Assembly: GCA_963804645.1 (NCBI GenBank)
Contig: CAWDRG010000015.1
Coordinates: 160,001-224,000, forward strand
Direction of reading: 5' to 3'
Source: an uncultured Bacillota bacterium
GTDB taxonomy: Bacteria > Sysuimicrobiota > Sysuimicrobiia > Sysuimicrobiales > Segetimicrobiaceae
DNA length: 64,000 nt
The position numbers and the translations under genes were made by a program. The notes below the pieces were generated by a model that was not told the origin of the DNA, made no database searches, and saw only the letters and a program-made list of their open reading frames with translations. Every line of letters starts with the position of its first letter. Within the stretch, counting starts at the first letter, position 1. Shown one piece after another: positions 19,266 to 29,464 of the stretch.

Positions 19266-20585
19266 GATCCGGCATTTTCGGGATTCCCAGGAAATGCGGC
19301 CATGATCTTCAGGAAGAAGTAGCCATCGTCTCGGTAGCCGTATCCCATGCGCTTGAGGACCTTGATCTTGTTGTTGATGCCCTCGAGGAGGCTGGTGTGT
19401 AACGGATAGCGACAGTGCGCGATGATCCCGGGGAGCCGCATCTTGAGATGGCGGGCAAACGTCTTGAGTGGTTGAATGCGACTGCGGATGGCACGGTGGT
19501 ACCAGTCCGTGAAGAAGCGGGTGGCGGCGCCAGGATAGGTATAGTCCCACATCTGCTTGAGATCATCCTTCAGCACGTAGACGGCCGCAAGCCGCCGGTT
19601 GGCTGCCAAGAGGTCCTGGAGTCGTACGCGATCCTCCGGCTTGACGTTCTCACGATTGCGCAAGAGGAGCCACCGCGCGCCTTTGATCACCTTGCGCGCT
19701 GCTTTGTCGCGCGCACGCGATTGGCTTCGTCCACGCGCACCCGGTCAATGACTTCGCGCCGTACTTGGCGACGACGTGGAAGAGGTCATACACAAGGACC
19801 GCGTGCGGACAATGGGCGCGCACTTCTTCTTCGTAGGCCGTGTTCATATCCATCACCACCGCCTGTAGACGCTTGCAGCCCTCGCCACCTAACAGCGCGA
19901 AGAAGGGACGGACGGCGTCGCGGCTCCGGCCTTCGCCGACCCAGAGCACGCGTTTGCGCTGGGGCTCGACCACCACCGTGGCGTAGCGGTGGCCCTTTCG
20001 CAGGGCGAATTCATCCATCGCAATCGTCGTCACGTTGGAGAAGTCGACCGGGAGCAACTCCTCTGCCAACGCGGCCACGTCCAGGTTTTTCACGGTGTCC
20101 CAGTCGAGGCCGTAGAACTCGGCCACGTGCTTCACCGGCAGGATGCGGCAGAGCCGGACCACGCTCTCCGCCAGGCGCGTGGTCACCCGGTCCCAGGCCG
20201 ACAGCCAGGACAGGGCCTCCAGTTTGGGGCCGCACGTGGGACAGGCAACGCGGTAGCGCGGCACCCATACGTGGGTCTCGGCGTCGAGCAGCGGCAGATC
20301 CCGGATGCAGCGGACCACCATCTCATGCGCCTTGGCCGTCTCTTGGCCGCACCCGGAGCACCGGAAGGTCCGCTTCTCGCGGGCCAGCGTGATCTCCACC
20401 CGCGGTTTGCCGGCGCCCGTCGTTGGTTCGATGCGCTCCACCAGCTTCACCCGATAGCATTCCCACCCGACCAGCACATTGGTAGACTGATCTCGAGGCA
20501 AGGTGCTCCCCCTTCCCTGAAGCGCCGTGTTCGCAGCACGTGCTCAAGGATAGGGGTGTGGTACCTTGCCTTCAACTTACACGGA
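19266..20585 (-). mobile_element. ISL3-family element with a frameshifted transposase (start 20501); ends approximate
   Basis: Zn-finger CSGC/CPTC, AMDEFALRKGHRY, VMDM, DLFHVV, LEGINNKIKVLKRMGYGYRD; inserted in an AT-rich TAA(A)TA site. Confidence 0.88.
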
Positions 20586-20615
20586 TAAATAAGGGCGTTC
20601 CGGGCAGGGGAGGTT

Positions 20616-20663
20616 GGGCTCATAACCCGAAGGTCGGAGGTTCAAATCCTCCCCCCGCTACCA
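20616..20663 (+). repeat. tRNA-Met 3' 48-bp direct repeat (att-like)
   Basis: Identical to 16634-16681; followed by a hairpin at 20673-20701. Confidence 0.97.
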
Positions 20664-20785
20664 GTACAGAGGGGGCTCGCTCGAAGCATCAGAGCGAGCC
20701 CTTATCTTCTTTAAGATTATGTGGTCTCTCAAGCCGGTAACTTCCAAGCCTTCTTCGGCGAAGTAAGGGTAGCCATCTGGTCTGG

Positions 20786-22674
20786 TCAGGTTGACAGCAC
20801 CTTCTTCAAGTAGTGCTTCTTGTGTCCAATGGGGTAGCCATCGAGGACACCGATTTCTGCGTAGCCGAGCTTTTCATAAAAGGTGATGTGCTAGTCTTCC
20901 TGTAAAAGTTGACGGTCTGGGCTACCCTAATGGTGTCGCCAAACACCAGCTCCTTGTAAGGGGAGCAGAAGAGGAGCCCAGACCAATGCCCAGGATAGCA
21001 CCCAGCACCAAGATTCGGGAAGAGATCAAGCGCCTGCTTCAGGACGGCGTGGCGGAGGGCGAGGATGTGACGGGCCTGCTGTTGCGCTTGGGGGCCCAAC
21101 GGCTCGCGCAGGAACTGCTCGAGGAAGAGGCCACCGATTTTCTCGGGCGGGACCGCTATGTCCGGCACCAGCGCGCCGAGCCCCATCGCGGCTACCGGAA
21201 CGGCTACGAACCCAGCCGGGTCCGGACCGCGGAAGGCGACGTCCCGCTGCAGGTCCCGCAGGTGCGGCAGACGCCGATGCCCTACCAGTCCCGGCTGCTC
21301 AGTTTCCTCCGCGGCCATACCGATGTGCTGAAGCGGCTGGTGGCCGAGATGTACGCGCGCGGGCTGTCGACCCGGGATATTGAGGACAGTTTCCGCGACG
21401 TCACCGGCAAACGCTTGATCAGCGCCAGCGGGGTCAGCGCCGTGACCGAACGGCTGTGGGAAGAGTATCAGACCTTCACGCGGCGGGACCTCTCCGGGTT
21501 TGCCGTCGAGTACCTGTTTGTGGACGCGATCTACGAATCGCTCCGCCTCCAGGCGGGCGGGGCCGAGGCCTTGCTGTGTGCGTGGGGCATTCTCGCCGAC
21601 GGGCGGAAAGTGTTGCTGCACTTGACGTTGGGGAACAAGGAAAGCTACCGTGGCTGGCGCGGCATGTTGCGGGACATGGTCCGCCGCGGCCTGCGCCCAC
21701 CGGTCAGCATCACGAGCGATGGGGCGCCGGGCTTGCTGCGCGCCATCAAGGAGATGTGGCCGAAGAGTCTGCGCTTGCGGTGCTGGGTGCACCGAATGCG
21801 GAATGTGTTGGACAAAGTCCCCGACGCGGCGCGGGCGGAGGTGAAGGCGCACGTCGCCGCGATCCGCGATGCCCCGACCTATCAGGAAGGCACCCAGACG
21901 GCCCAGGCGGTGCTGGCGCGATTCGCGCGTCTCTACCCGACGGCGATGGCCTCTCTCAGTGACGATCTGGAGGCCAGCCTGGCGCATCTGCGCCTGCCGG
22001 TCGGCCATCGGAAGTATGTCCGGACGACGAACCTGATCGAGCGGAGTTTTCTCGAAGAACGCCGGCGCACCAAGATCATCCCGCGCTTCTTCGATGAACG
22101 AAGCTGTCTCACGCTGGTGTACGCGACCTTGGTGCGTGCCAGCCAGCGGTGGCAGCGCATTCACTTCACCGATGCTGAACGTCTCCAGTTGCACCGACTC
22201 CGTCAAGAACTGGGCCTCAGACTCCATCGTGAGCTTGTTCCATCGACTCGCACTATCGTGAAGCGCTCTAAGAGGAGGAGAGCTGCGTAGCATGCACCAC
22301 GCCCAGACCGTCAACTTTTACAGGAAGACTGGGACTTGACCTTCATAAAAACCAGGTGCCTGAAAACTATGTGTCTCGAGAGTGGCGATGTGGCAACCTC
22401 TGCGGATCGCCTCCTGTTCAACGGCGCGCATCAACTTTGATCCAAGTCCCTCTCCACGGAAGTCCTCGTGCACCCACAAGAATCGAATGTCGAGGCACCC
22501 ACCCCATGTATACGCACGGATTCCGGCGATGAGCTGCCTCATGGAATCGCGCAAGAAGATCGCGAGGTCCCCGTAGTCGTAGATCTTTGTCTCCTCGACG
22601 TTGAATGTGTCGACGTGGTCCCTGAGAGACTCGATGTCCCTGGGGTCGGGGTTGACCTCAATGTCGAATTGGAA
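20786..22674 (-). pseudogene. GNAT acetyltransferase, IS256-interrupted and 5'-truncated paralog of 62656-63087
   Basis: Near-identical DNA on both sides of the IS; the start codon is lost at 22674. Confidence 0.9.
20882..22341 (+). mobile_element. IS256-family element (transposase 20986-22290)
   Basis: 41-bp IRs (...AGTCTTCCTGTAAAAGTTGACGGTCTGGGC); 9-bp TSD TTCATAAAA at 20873-20881 and 22342-22350; SDGAPGL, CWVH, RTTNLIER. Confidence 0.96.
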
Positions 22675-22694
22675 CCGCTACCAAGTTCACAGAG
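22675..22694 (+). repeat. Minimal tRNA-end repeat CCGCTACCA-AGTTCACAGAG
   Basis: Matches the tRNA end plus its downstream flank; followed by a hairpin at ~22692-22729. Confidence 0.8.
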
Positions 22695-22827
22695 AGGACT
22701 CTCCTGGGTAACGCCGGGCGAGTCCTCTCGCGTTTCGATCCGCTAATCGACCCATGCTAGATTAGGCGTGCATCTTGCATATCCGCAAAAATATCTTGTA
22801 TGTTGAAAACGCGGATGATGATCGGAG

Positions 22828-23049
22828 ATGAAAACCACGGTTACTGTGAGGGGTCAGACGGTAATCCCTGCGGCGCTACGTAGGGCGCACCGTATCGTCC
22901 CTCGGATGAAGCTGGAATGGGTGGATGATGGACAAACCATCCGAGTGATCCCTATTCACGCGGATCCGATTGCCGCCGCTTGAGGCGCATCGAAAGGGCT
23001 CCGGTCGGCGCTGCTGACCGACCGCAATCACGAGCGTCGGCGTGGCTGA
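22828..23049 (+). pseudogene. AbrB/MazE-type antitoxin with a premature stop at 22981 and a frameshift
   Basis: MKTTVTVRGQTVIPAALRR...LEWVDDGQTIRVIP..DPIAAA*; the tail LRSALLTDRNHERRRG* is in another frame. Confidence 0.75.
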
Positions 23050-23476
23050 GCGGTATGTCCTCGATACGTCGGCCATCCTGGCCTTTCTCGGAGATGAGAA
23101 CGGCGCCGCCAGGGTTGAACGTCTGTTGCGTGGCGGTCGAGCTGGCCAATGTGACGTGCTTGCTTGCTCGATTACTCTTATGGAGCTGTTCTACGCGGCG
23201 ATGCGGGAGAAGGGGGAGGATGAATCCTACAGACTGGTTGCGCTTGTAAAGGCGTGGCCGCTCGAATGGGTGTACCCAGACAATAGGGTGCTTCTCCAGG
23301 CTGGCCGGCTGAGGGCAACATATCGCCTTTCTGTCGCCGACGCGCTGATTGCTGCTGTGGCAAAGTTGCATGACGCGACGCTGGTCCACAAAGATCCCAA
23401 ACTGGATGAGTTACAGGGGCTGAACAAGCTGATGACGCTACCTTTCAAAGGGACGCCGGGAGCAAGAGGTAACTAA
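23042..23476 (+). CDS. vapC: VapC PIN-domain toxin
   Basis: YVLDTSAILA, MELFY, LSVADALIAA, LVHKDP. Confidence 0.9.
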   Translation: MAERYVLDTSAILAFLGDENGAARVERLLRGGRAGQCDVLACSITLMELFYAAMREKGEDESYRLVALVKAWPLEWVYPDNRVLLQAGRLRATYRLSVADALIAAVAKLHDATLVHKDPKLDELQGLNKLMTLPFKGTPGARGN

Positions 23477-23498
23477 GTCATCGTCATCGATGGCCCGT

Positions 23499-23630
23499 CA
23501 CACAGGCGGTGATCACGGCAAGAGAACTCAGGCTCGACTAGCCGCCACCGTCGCTCTTCTTTACCGCAAATTAGTCCCGAGTAATACTTAAGTAGGGCGA
23601 AGCCGGCTGCCCGGATGCGCTACGGTTGTA
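23499..23630 (+). repeat. LuxR-3'-end / palindrome / promoter module, copy 1
   Basis: Homologous to 35889-36018 and 39584-39733; contains TACTTAAGTA at 23585-23594. Confidence 0.85.
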
Positions 23631-23748
23631 GTGTATCCGGGCAGCCGGCGCCTAGAACCTCGGCGATCGTCACCGGGGGATGTCTTGTATGCCAGCGTCC
23701 TGGGTGTCGTCGGGCACACGATCGGACGAACGTGAAGGGCCACGAGCC

Positions 23749-24005
23749 ATGGTGAGCGATATCGGCAGGAGCGCGCCTGGTAACGTGATTCGCGCGCACG
23801 GAATGTCGGGGTCCGCCTCGTCAGCATGGTTTGACGGGCGCACGCCGTGCACGATTCGGTCGGGGACGCCATTCTCTCTCCGGCGAGGTCGCGGACCGAG
23901 CCGAGTTCTACGGGGTAATCAGTCGTGCACGCGATCTCGGCCTGACGATCGTCAGCGTCGAACGACATGGGGCAACCCCGAGCGGATTGGCGGGAAAAGA
24001 CGTGA
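23749..24005 (+). pseudogene. Degraded paralog of the small protein at 39901-40155
   Basis: DNA is collinear with 39901-40155 but carries indels ([26 protein letters not shown]). Confidence 0.8.
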
Positions 24006-24130
24006 GTCCTCACGTCTCGAGATTCCGTGATGGGCGGTGCGGATCTGATCCGTACGGGCACGAAAGCGGAACTCTCGACTACAATCGCGTGTCGGAAGGT
24101 CTTCCAGGCCTTCCATGTGGAGGTGGCGTA

Positions 24131-24598
24131 GTGCGATTCGGTATCCCGCTGGCCGTGGCTCTCATGCTTCTCCTTCCCGTCTCGGCGTTCGCCGCCGGGA
24201 CCGTGCGCATCGTGCAAAGTGACGGCTCCGCCCAAACGTACATCGGCGTGATCATGAAGGTGCAGAATCAGACGACCTTGGCGATCTCGTCGGCCGACGG
24301 ACAGTCGACGATGACGCTTGCGGTCAAGGCCTCCGACTGCGCGCCTGCAAACGGCATCGTCTACTGCTGGGCGGGCCAGATGGCGTTTCAGAACAACGGG
24401 AAGTCGTACACGATTCCATTCAAATCCGCGAAGTTCTACCTCAACCAGACCGACCAGGAACAGCCGTCGGACCCGCTCGCCGCGGTGTTGGCTGCGGCCG
24501 GATGCCAGGTCGTGTCGAAGGTCGCGCCACACTCCGTCGTGTTCGCGGTCCTGACCAAGAGGGGCACGCACATCACAGGCAACGGCACGTTAAATTAG
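24131..24598 (+). CDS. Secreted hypothetical protein
   Basis: GGAGGT RBS; signal peptide ending AFA; beta-rich mature region. Confidence 0.7.
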   Translation: MRFGIPLAVALMLLLPVSAFAAGTVRIVQSDGSAQTYIGVIMKVQNQTTLAISSADGQSTMTLAVKASDCAPANGIVYCWAGQMAFQNNGKSYTIPFKSAKFYLNQTDQEQPSDPLAAVLAAAGCQVVSKVAPHSVVFAVLTKRGTHITGNGTLN

Positions 24599-24610
24599 GA
24601 GGACGCGGCC

Positions 24611-25522
24611 ATGAGGACGATCGCGGTCACCGTCATAATCCTCGCGCTCGGGATGGTCGCACCGTTCGCCGGCGCGGCGCCCAATGGAGGGAACCGGGGG
24701 GGCAGCGGTGGTGGGGCCGCCTCGCGCCCGTCGGCCCCGCCGCAAAAGGGCGGCGGCGGGTTCAACCTCAACAACGACACGGGATCACGGCCGAACGGCG
24801 GCAGTCGACCTCAGGGTGGGAACGGCCAGGGCGGCTTCGACCTCAACAGGGATATCCAGGGTTCCACCCCGGCGGGCAATCGCCCCGGCAATAGCGGCGC
24901 CACTCGGCCGGCGAATCCGCCTGCCGGCAATCGGCCGAGCAACAACCCAGGCGGCAGCAACGCCACCGGCAATCGACCCGGCAATGCCGGCGCCACTCGG
25001 CCCGCGAATCCGCCTGCCGGCAATCGGCCGAGCAACAACCCAGGCGGCAGCAACGCCACCGGCAATCGCACCGGCAACGGCAACGGCAACGTCAACGTGA
25101 GCGGCAACAACGTCAACATCAACCGCAACGGATACGGGTACAACGGCCGGGTCGTCGTCAACCCGGTGTACCGGGGGCCGGCCTGGGGATGGAACCACGG
25201 GGTCGTGTGGGCGCCCCACGCAACGTACTGGGGCGGAGGGTTCTGGGGCCCCTTCGCGGCCGGCGTGGCCACTGCGGTTGTTATGGGCGCGATCGTGAAC
25301 GCGGCCAACCATCAGACGTACACATCCTATAGGGTCAGCCAGGACAGCCCGGGCGCGCAGCTACTAATGAACTATCAACTCCAGCAGGTGTCGTGTGGCC
25401 CACCCGGTCTCGTGGAGATCTACGGACCCGACAACGGCGTGATCTGCGCGCGGCCGAACAATCTCGTGGCCGCCGGAACCTATGCGGTGGACATCGACAC
25501 CCTCACACTGCAGGCGCCGTAG
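24611..25522 (+). CDS. Secreted Gly/Asn/Pro-rich protein with an internal 31-aa tandem repeat
   Basis: Signal peptide; 93-bp unit twice at 24878-25063; aromatic-rich C-terminal domain with a Cys pair. Confidence 0.8.
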   Translation: MRTIAVTVIILALGMVAPFAGAAPNGGNRGGSGGGAASRPSAPPQKGGGGFNLNNDTGSRPNGGSRPQGGNGQGGFDLNRDIQGSTPAGNRPGNSGATRPANPPAGNRPSNNPGGSNATGNRPGNAGATRPANPPAGNRPSNNPGGSNATGNRTGNGNGNVNVSGNNVNINRNGYGYNGRVVVNPVYRGPAWGWNHGVVWAPHATYWGGGFWGPFAAGVATAVVMGAIVNAANHQTYTSYRVSQDSPGAQLLMNYQLQQVSCGPPGLVEIYGPDNGVICARPNNLVAAGTYAVDIDTLTLQAP

Positions 25523-25610
25523 CATCCACCCGGGCAAGTATCGAAGACATCACTTGCTGAGGAGTGGGTGCCATGAGACGACGTGATGCATTCGAGCGCT
25601 GGCGGCTCCC

Positions 25611-25850
25611 TTGACCGTCAACACGGTCCCGGAGGCCACGCTCAAGGCGTTCGCGGACCAAGGCGACGTCCCGACGCTGATGCGAGCAGACGGCGGAAAC
25701 TGCGAACAGGTGCTGAGGCAATTCGCCGAGGCGGGGGTCGATCTCCACGCACTGGCACGATGGCTCCAGACTGAGGGGGCCGAATCGTTTGTTCAGTCCT
25801 GGAATACGCTGATGGGCGTGATCTCCTCGAAGAGCGCTGCGCTCACATAG
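25611..25850 (+). pseudogene. tal: Transaldolase C-terminal remnant
   Basis: TVNTVPEATLKAFADQG...LQTEGAESFVQSWNTL; sits upstream of the pentose-phosphate genes. Confidence 0.75.
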
Positions 25851-25878
25851 AAGAAGGTCGAATGGGGGGGCTTCTTCG

Positions 25879-26604
25879 ATGAAAGTACTGGTGATAGATA
25901 TCGGCGGGACAAACGTGAAAATCCTCGCCACGGGACAAACCGAGGCCCGGAAGTTCCCTTCGGGGCCAACGATGACTCCCCGGAAACTGGTAGCCGGAGT
26001 CCTGCGGCTCGCCGGGGACTGGACGTACGATGTGGTCGCCATCGGCTACCCTGGACGGGTCGTCGGAGACCGTGCAGTCACTGAGCCCCGCAATCTCGCC
26101 CGCGGCTGGGTCGGATTCAACTTCGCGGCCGCGTTGAAGCGCCCCGTGAAGGTCATCAATGATGCTTCGATGCAGGCCCTCGGGAGCTATAAAGGTGGAA
26201 CGATGCTCTTCCTCGGCCTCGGGACTGGACTCGGCTCCGCCCTGATGGTGGACGGGCACATCGTGCCGATGGAGATCGGCGCCCTCTCCTACAAAAACGG
26301 CACCGTTGAGGACTACCTGGGTCTTCGAGGGCTCAAGAAGCTGGGAAAGAAGAAGTGGGGGAAGACCCTCAAGTTGCTCGCGGCGCGATTCCAAACCGCA
26401 CTGTTCCTCGACGATTTCGTCATCGGCGGAGGAAATGCCAAGAAGCTGAAGACGGCGCCCCCAGGGTGCCGGCTGGGCGACAACGCCAACGCGTTTATTG
26501 GCGGGTTTCGACTGTGGGAGTCAAACGGGGAACAGCACGCCACACACTCCCCCAAACGGCCTTCTCTTGATCGGGTGAAAAAGACGAAAAGCGGGCGACA
26601 ATGA
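25879..26604 (+). CDS. ROK-family (polyphosphate) glucokinase
   Basis: VIDIGGTNVK, INDASMQALG, LGLGTGLG, IGGGN. Confidence 0.85.
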   Translation: MKVLVIDIGGTNVKILATGQTEARKFPSGPTMTPRKLVAGVLRLAGDWTYDVVAIGYPGRVVGDRAVTEPRNLARGWVGFNFAAALKRPVKVINDASMQALGSYKGGTMLFLGLGTGLGSALMVDGHIVPMEIGALSYKNGTVEDYLGLRGLKKLGKKKWGKTLKLLAARFQTALFLDDFVIGGGNAKKLKTAPPGCRLGDNANAFIGGFRLWESNGEQHATHSPKRPSLDRVKKTKSGRQ

Positions 26605-26708
26605 CGCCGAAAACCCAATCGCTGACTGCACGCCAAGCATGGAAGGCGCTCGTCACCCATCCCACGCAGGTCCGGGACGTCCACCTACCCACGATCGAGA
26701 AGAAATAG
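26601..26708 (+). pseudogene. pgi: Glucose-6-phosphate isomerase N-terminal remnant
   Basis: MTPKTQSLTARQAWKALVTH...VRDVHL then a stop; position between glucokinase and gnd fits. Confidence 0.5.
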
Positions 26709-26794
26709 CAGCAGCGATCACGCGGTCGAGAGACTGTATCCACCCGCGTTTGAACCAGACATCGGGGTGAGGAACCCGGAAGGAGTACAACACG

Positions 26795-27838
26795 ATGCAA
26801 CTTGGAATGATCGGATTGGGACGAATGGGCGCGAATATGGTCCGGCGGCTTCTCACGGGGGGCCATGAATGCGTGGTCTTCGACATGTCGCCCCAAAAGG
26901 TCAACGCGTTGGTCCAGGAGATGGCGGTGGGCGCTTCGTCCGTCCCGGACCTGGTGAAACGGCTCGCAAAGCCGCGGGCCATCTGGTTGATGGTGCCAGC
27001 TGCGGCGGTGGACAACACGATCGCCGCGATTGTTCCCCATCTCGACGCCGGAGATATACTGATCGACGGTGGCAATTCGTATTATGTCGACGACATTCGC
27101 CGGGCGAAGGAACTCGGCGCCAGGAACATCCACTACGCCGATGCGGGAACCAGCGGTGGCGTCTGGGGGCTGGAACGAGGCTACTGCATGATGATCGGCG
27201 GTGAGAGCGAGGTCATCCAGCATCTCGATCCAATCTTCGCGTGTCTGGCGCCCGGAGTGGGAGACATCCCGCGCACTCCGGGCCGCGACAAGCTTCCCGG
27301 AACCGCGGAACAGGGCTATCTGTACTGCGGACCGATTGGCGCCGGCCATTTCGTGAAGATGGTGCACAACGGCATCGAATACGGCTTGATGGGTGCTCTG
27401 GCCGAAGGGTTCAATATCTTGCGCGGCGCCAATGTGGGCAAGCAGGAACACGCGATCGATGCAGAGACGACGCCTCTGCGAGATCGGGAATACTATCAAT
27501 ACGACTTCAATCTCCGCGACATTGCAGAACTTTGGCGACGGGGCAGTGTCGTGGCATCCTGGCTGCTGGATCTCACCGCTATTGCGCTGACGGAAGAGCC
27601 ATCGCTCGCGAGCTTTTCGGGACACGTTTCAGATTCTGGCGAAGGCCGCTGGACCATCAAAGCCGGCATCGATGAGGGGGTGCCCACACCGGTGCTTGCC
27701 ACCGCGCTATATGATCGCTTCAGCTCTCGCGGCGAGGATGATTTCGAGAACAAAATGCTGTCTGCCATGCGCTTTCAGTTCGGCGGACACCACGAGAACC
27801 CGGCTGGGAAGGCGCAAGCTCGTAGGACGCCGTCATGA
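26795..27838 (+). CDS. gnd: 6-phosphogluconate dehydrogenase (decarboxylating, short form)
   Basis: [39 protein letters not shown]. Confidence 0.95.
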   Translation: MQLGMIGLGRMGANMVRRLLTGGHECVVFDMSPQKVNALVQEMAVGASSVPDLVKRLAKPRAIWLMVPAAAVDNTIAAIVPHLDAGDILIDGGNSYYVDDIRRAKELGARNIHYADAGTSGGVWGLERGYCMMIGGESEVIQHLDPIFACLAPGVGDIPRTPGRDKLPGTAEQGYLYCGPIGAGHFVKMVHNGIEYGLMGALAEGFNILRGANVGKQEHAIDAETTPLRDREYYQYDFNLRDIAELWRRGSVVASWLLDLTAIALTEEPSLASFSGHVSDSGEGRWTIKAGIDEGVPTPVLATALYDRFSSRGEDDFENKMLSAMRFQFGGHHENPAGKAQARRTPS

Positions 27839-29244
27839 ACGGATGTCCATCGGATGCATTGGTCTTCTTCGGGGCAACCGGAGACTTGGCCTACAAGAAG
27901 ATATTCCCGGCGCTTCAGGCAGCCATCAAGCGAGGGCATCTCGATGTGCCGATCATCGCAGTGGCGAAAGAGGGCTGGGACCTGGAACGGCTCAAAACCC
28001 GCGCGCATGACAGCCTGAAGAACTACGGCGGCGGTGTTGATGCTGCGGCGTTCGCAAAATTGTGCGACCGGCTGCGCTATGTGGATGGCGACTATCAAGA
28101 TCCGGCCACCTTCAACGCCATCCGTCGTGAACTGCAGAATGCCGTGCATCCGGCGCACTACCTCGCCATCCCGCCGCGGTTATTCGGAACTGTCGTACAG
28201 AATCTGGCCGCGGCGGGTTGTGCCGAGGGCGCGCGCGTCATTATCGAGAAGCCGTTTGGTAACGATCTGGAATCGGCGCGAGAACTCAATCGCACGCTGC
28301 TGGCGATCTTCAAAGAATCCGCGATCTTCCGCATTGATCATTATCTCGGGAAGCGGCCGGTGCGCAACCTGTGCGTCTTCCGCTTTGCCAACATCTTCGT
28401 GGAGTCCTTTTGGAACCGTAATTTCGTTGAGAGTGTACAGATCACCATGGCAGAAAACATCGGCATTGAGGGTCGCGGCGCGTTTTATGACCAGACGGGG
28501 ACAATTCGCGACGTGGTGCAGAACCATCTGTTCCAAATCCTGAGCAATCTGGCGATGGAGCCGCCGGTGGCGACTGACAGTGAATCGATTCGTGACGAAA
28601 AGGTCAAAGTGCTCAAAGCCATCCCACCACTGGGAGCAACAGACCTTGTGCGCGGCCAGTTCCGTGGATACCGGAGCGAGAAGGGCGTGGCGCCCGATTC
28701 GCAGGTGGAGACGTTTGCGGCGTTGCGACTAGAGGTCGACTCATGGCGCTGGAAAGGCGTCCCGTTTTATATCAGAGCGGGAAAGTGTCTGCCCGCGCAA
28801 TGCACAGAAATCGTAGGCCGCTTGCGCAAGCCTCCAACGGTGATCCGTGAGAGCGCCCTGACGTCGAATTACCTGCGGCTGCGGCTCAGCCCCGACGTCG
28901 TCATTGCCATGGGCATGATGGTGATGGCGCCCGGCGATGAAATGGTGGGGCAGTCGGTTGAAATGCTGGGCAGCAGGTCGCCGCGGGTTGGCGAGGTGGA
29001 TTCGTACGAGCGGATACTCTGTGATGCAATGGAGGGAGACGCCACGTTGTTTGCTAGGCAGGACTACGTGGAGGAAAGCTGGCGGATTGTTGATCCGGTA
29101 CTGAAAGCAAACACGCCCGTATACGAGTACGACGCGAACACCTGGGGCCCAGCCGAAGTGGAGCGCGTCACGCCTCCCGGTGGTTGGCACAACCCGGTCA
29201 CCACAGAACAGGAACAGGCCGGTCCTGCGGTGCAAGTTGCCTGA
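27835..29244 (+). CDS. zwf: Glucose-6-phosphate 1-dehydrogenase
   Basis: [41 protein letters not shown]. Confidence 0.96.
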   Translation: MNGCPSDALVFFGATGDLAYKKIFPALQAAIKRGHLDVPIIAVAKEGWDLERLKTRAHDSLKNYGGGVDAAAFAKLCDRLRYVDGDYQDPATFNAIRRELQNAVHPAHYLAIPPRLFGTVVQNLAAAGCAEGARVIIEKPFGNDLESARELNRTLLAIFKESAIFRIDHYLGKRPVRNLCVFRFANIFVESFWNRNFVESVQITMAENIGIEGRGAFYDQTGTIRDVVQNHLFQILSNLAMEPPVATDSESIRDEKVKVLKAIPPLGATDLVRGQFRGYRSEKGVAPDSQVETFAALRLEVDSWRWKGVPFYIRAGKCLPAQCTEIVGRLRKPPTVIRESALTSNYLRLRLSPDVVIAMGMMVMAPGDEMVGQSVEMLGSRSPRVGEVDSYERILCDAMEGDATLFARQDYVEESWRIVDPVLKANTPVYEYDANTWGPAEVERVTPPGGWHNPVTTEQEQAGPAVQVA

Positions 29245-29299
29245 TGCACATCCGGGCATCGCGCAGGCGATGCCTCGTTCCTGGCCTGCCTCAAACCCA

Positions 29300-29430
29300 A
29301 GCAGATGGAGTAGCTTCTCTCCATCAAGACAGTATTTCCCGGGGCCGGCGGCCGCGTATGGTATGACGACGAGCGGGAGGTTCACCGCCAGATTTTTGAA
29401 CGTATGGATATCGTGGATGACGCGTTCCTA
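29300..29430 (+). pseudogene. Possible remnant of an HNH restriction-endonuclease N-terminal domain
   Basis: LLSIKTVFP...GGRVWYDDEREVHRQIFE resembles such proteins from memory; the match is short. Confidence 0.3.
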
Positions 29431-29464
29431 GTGAAGCGATTCCATCACTTTGTTGGGAGGGCCC

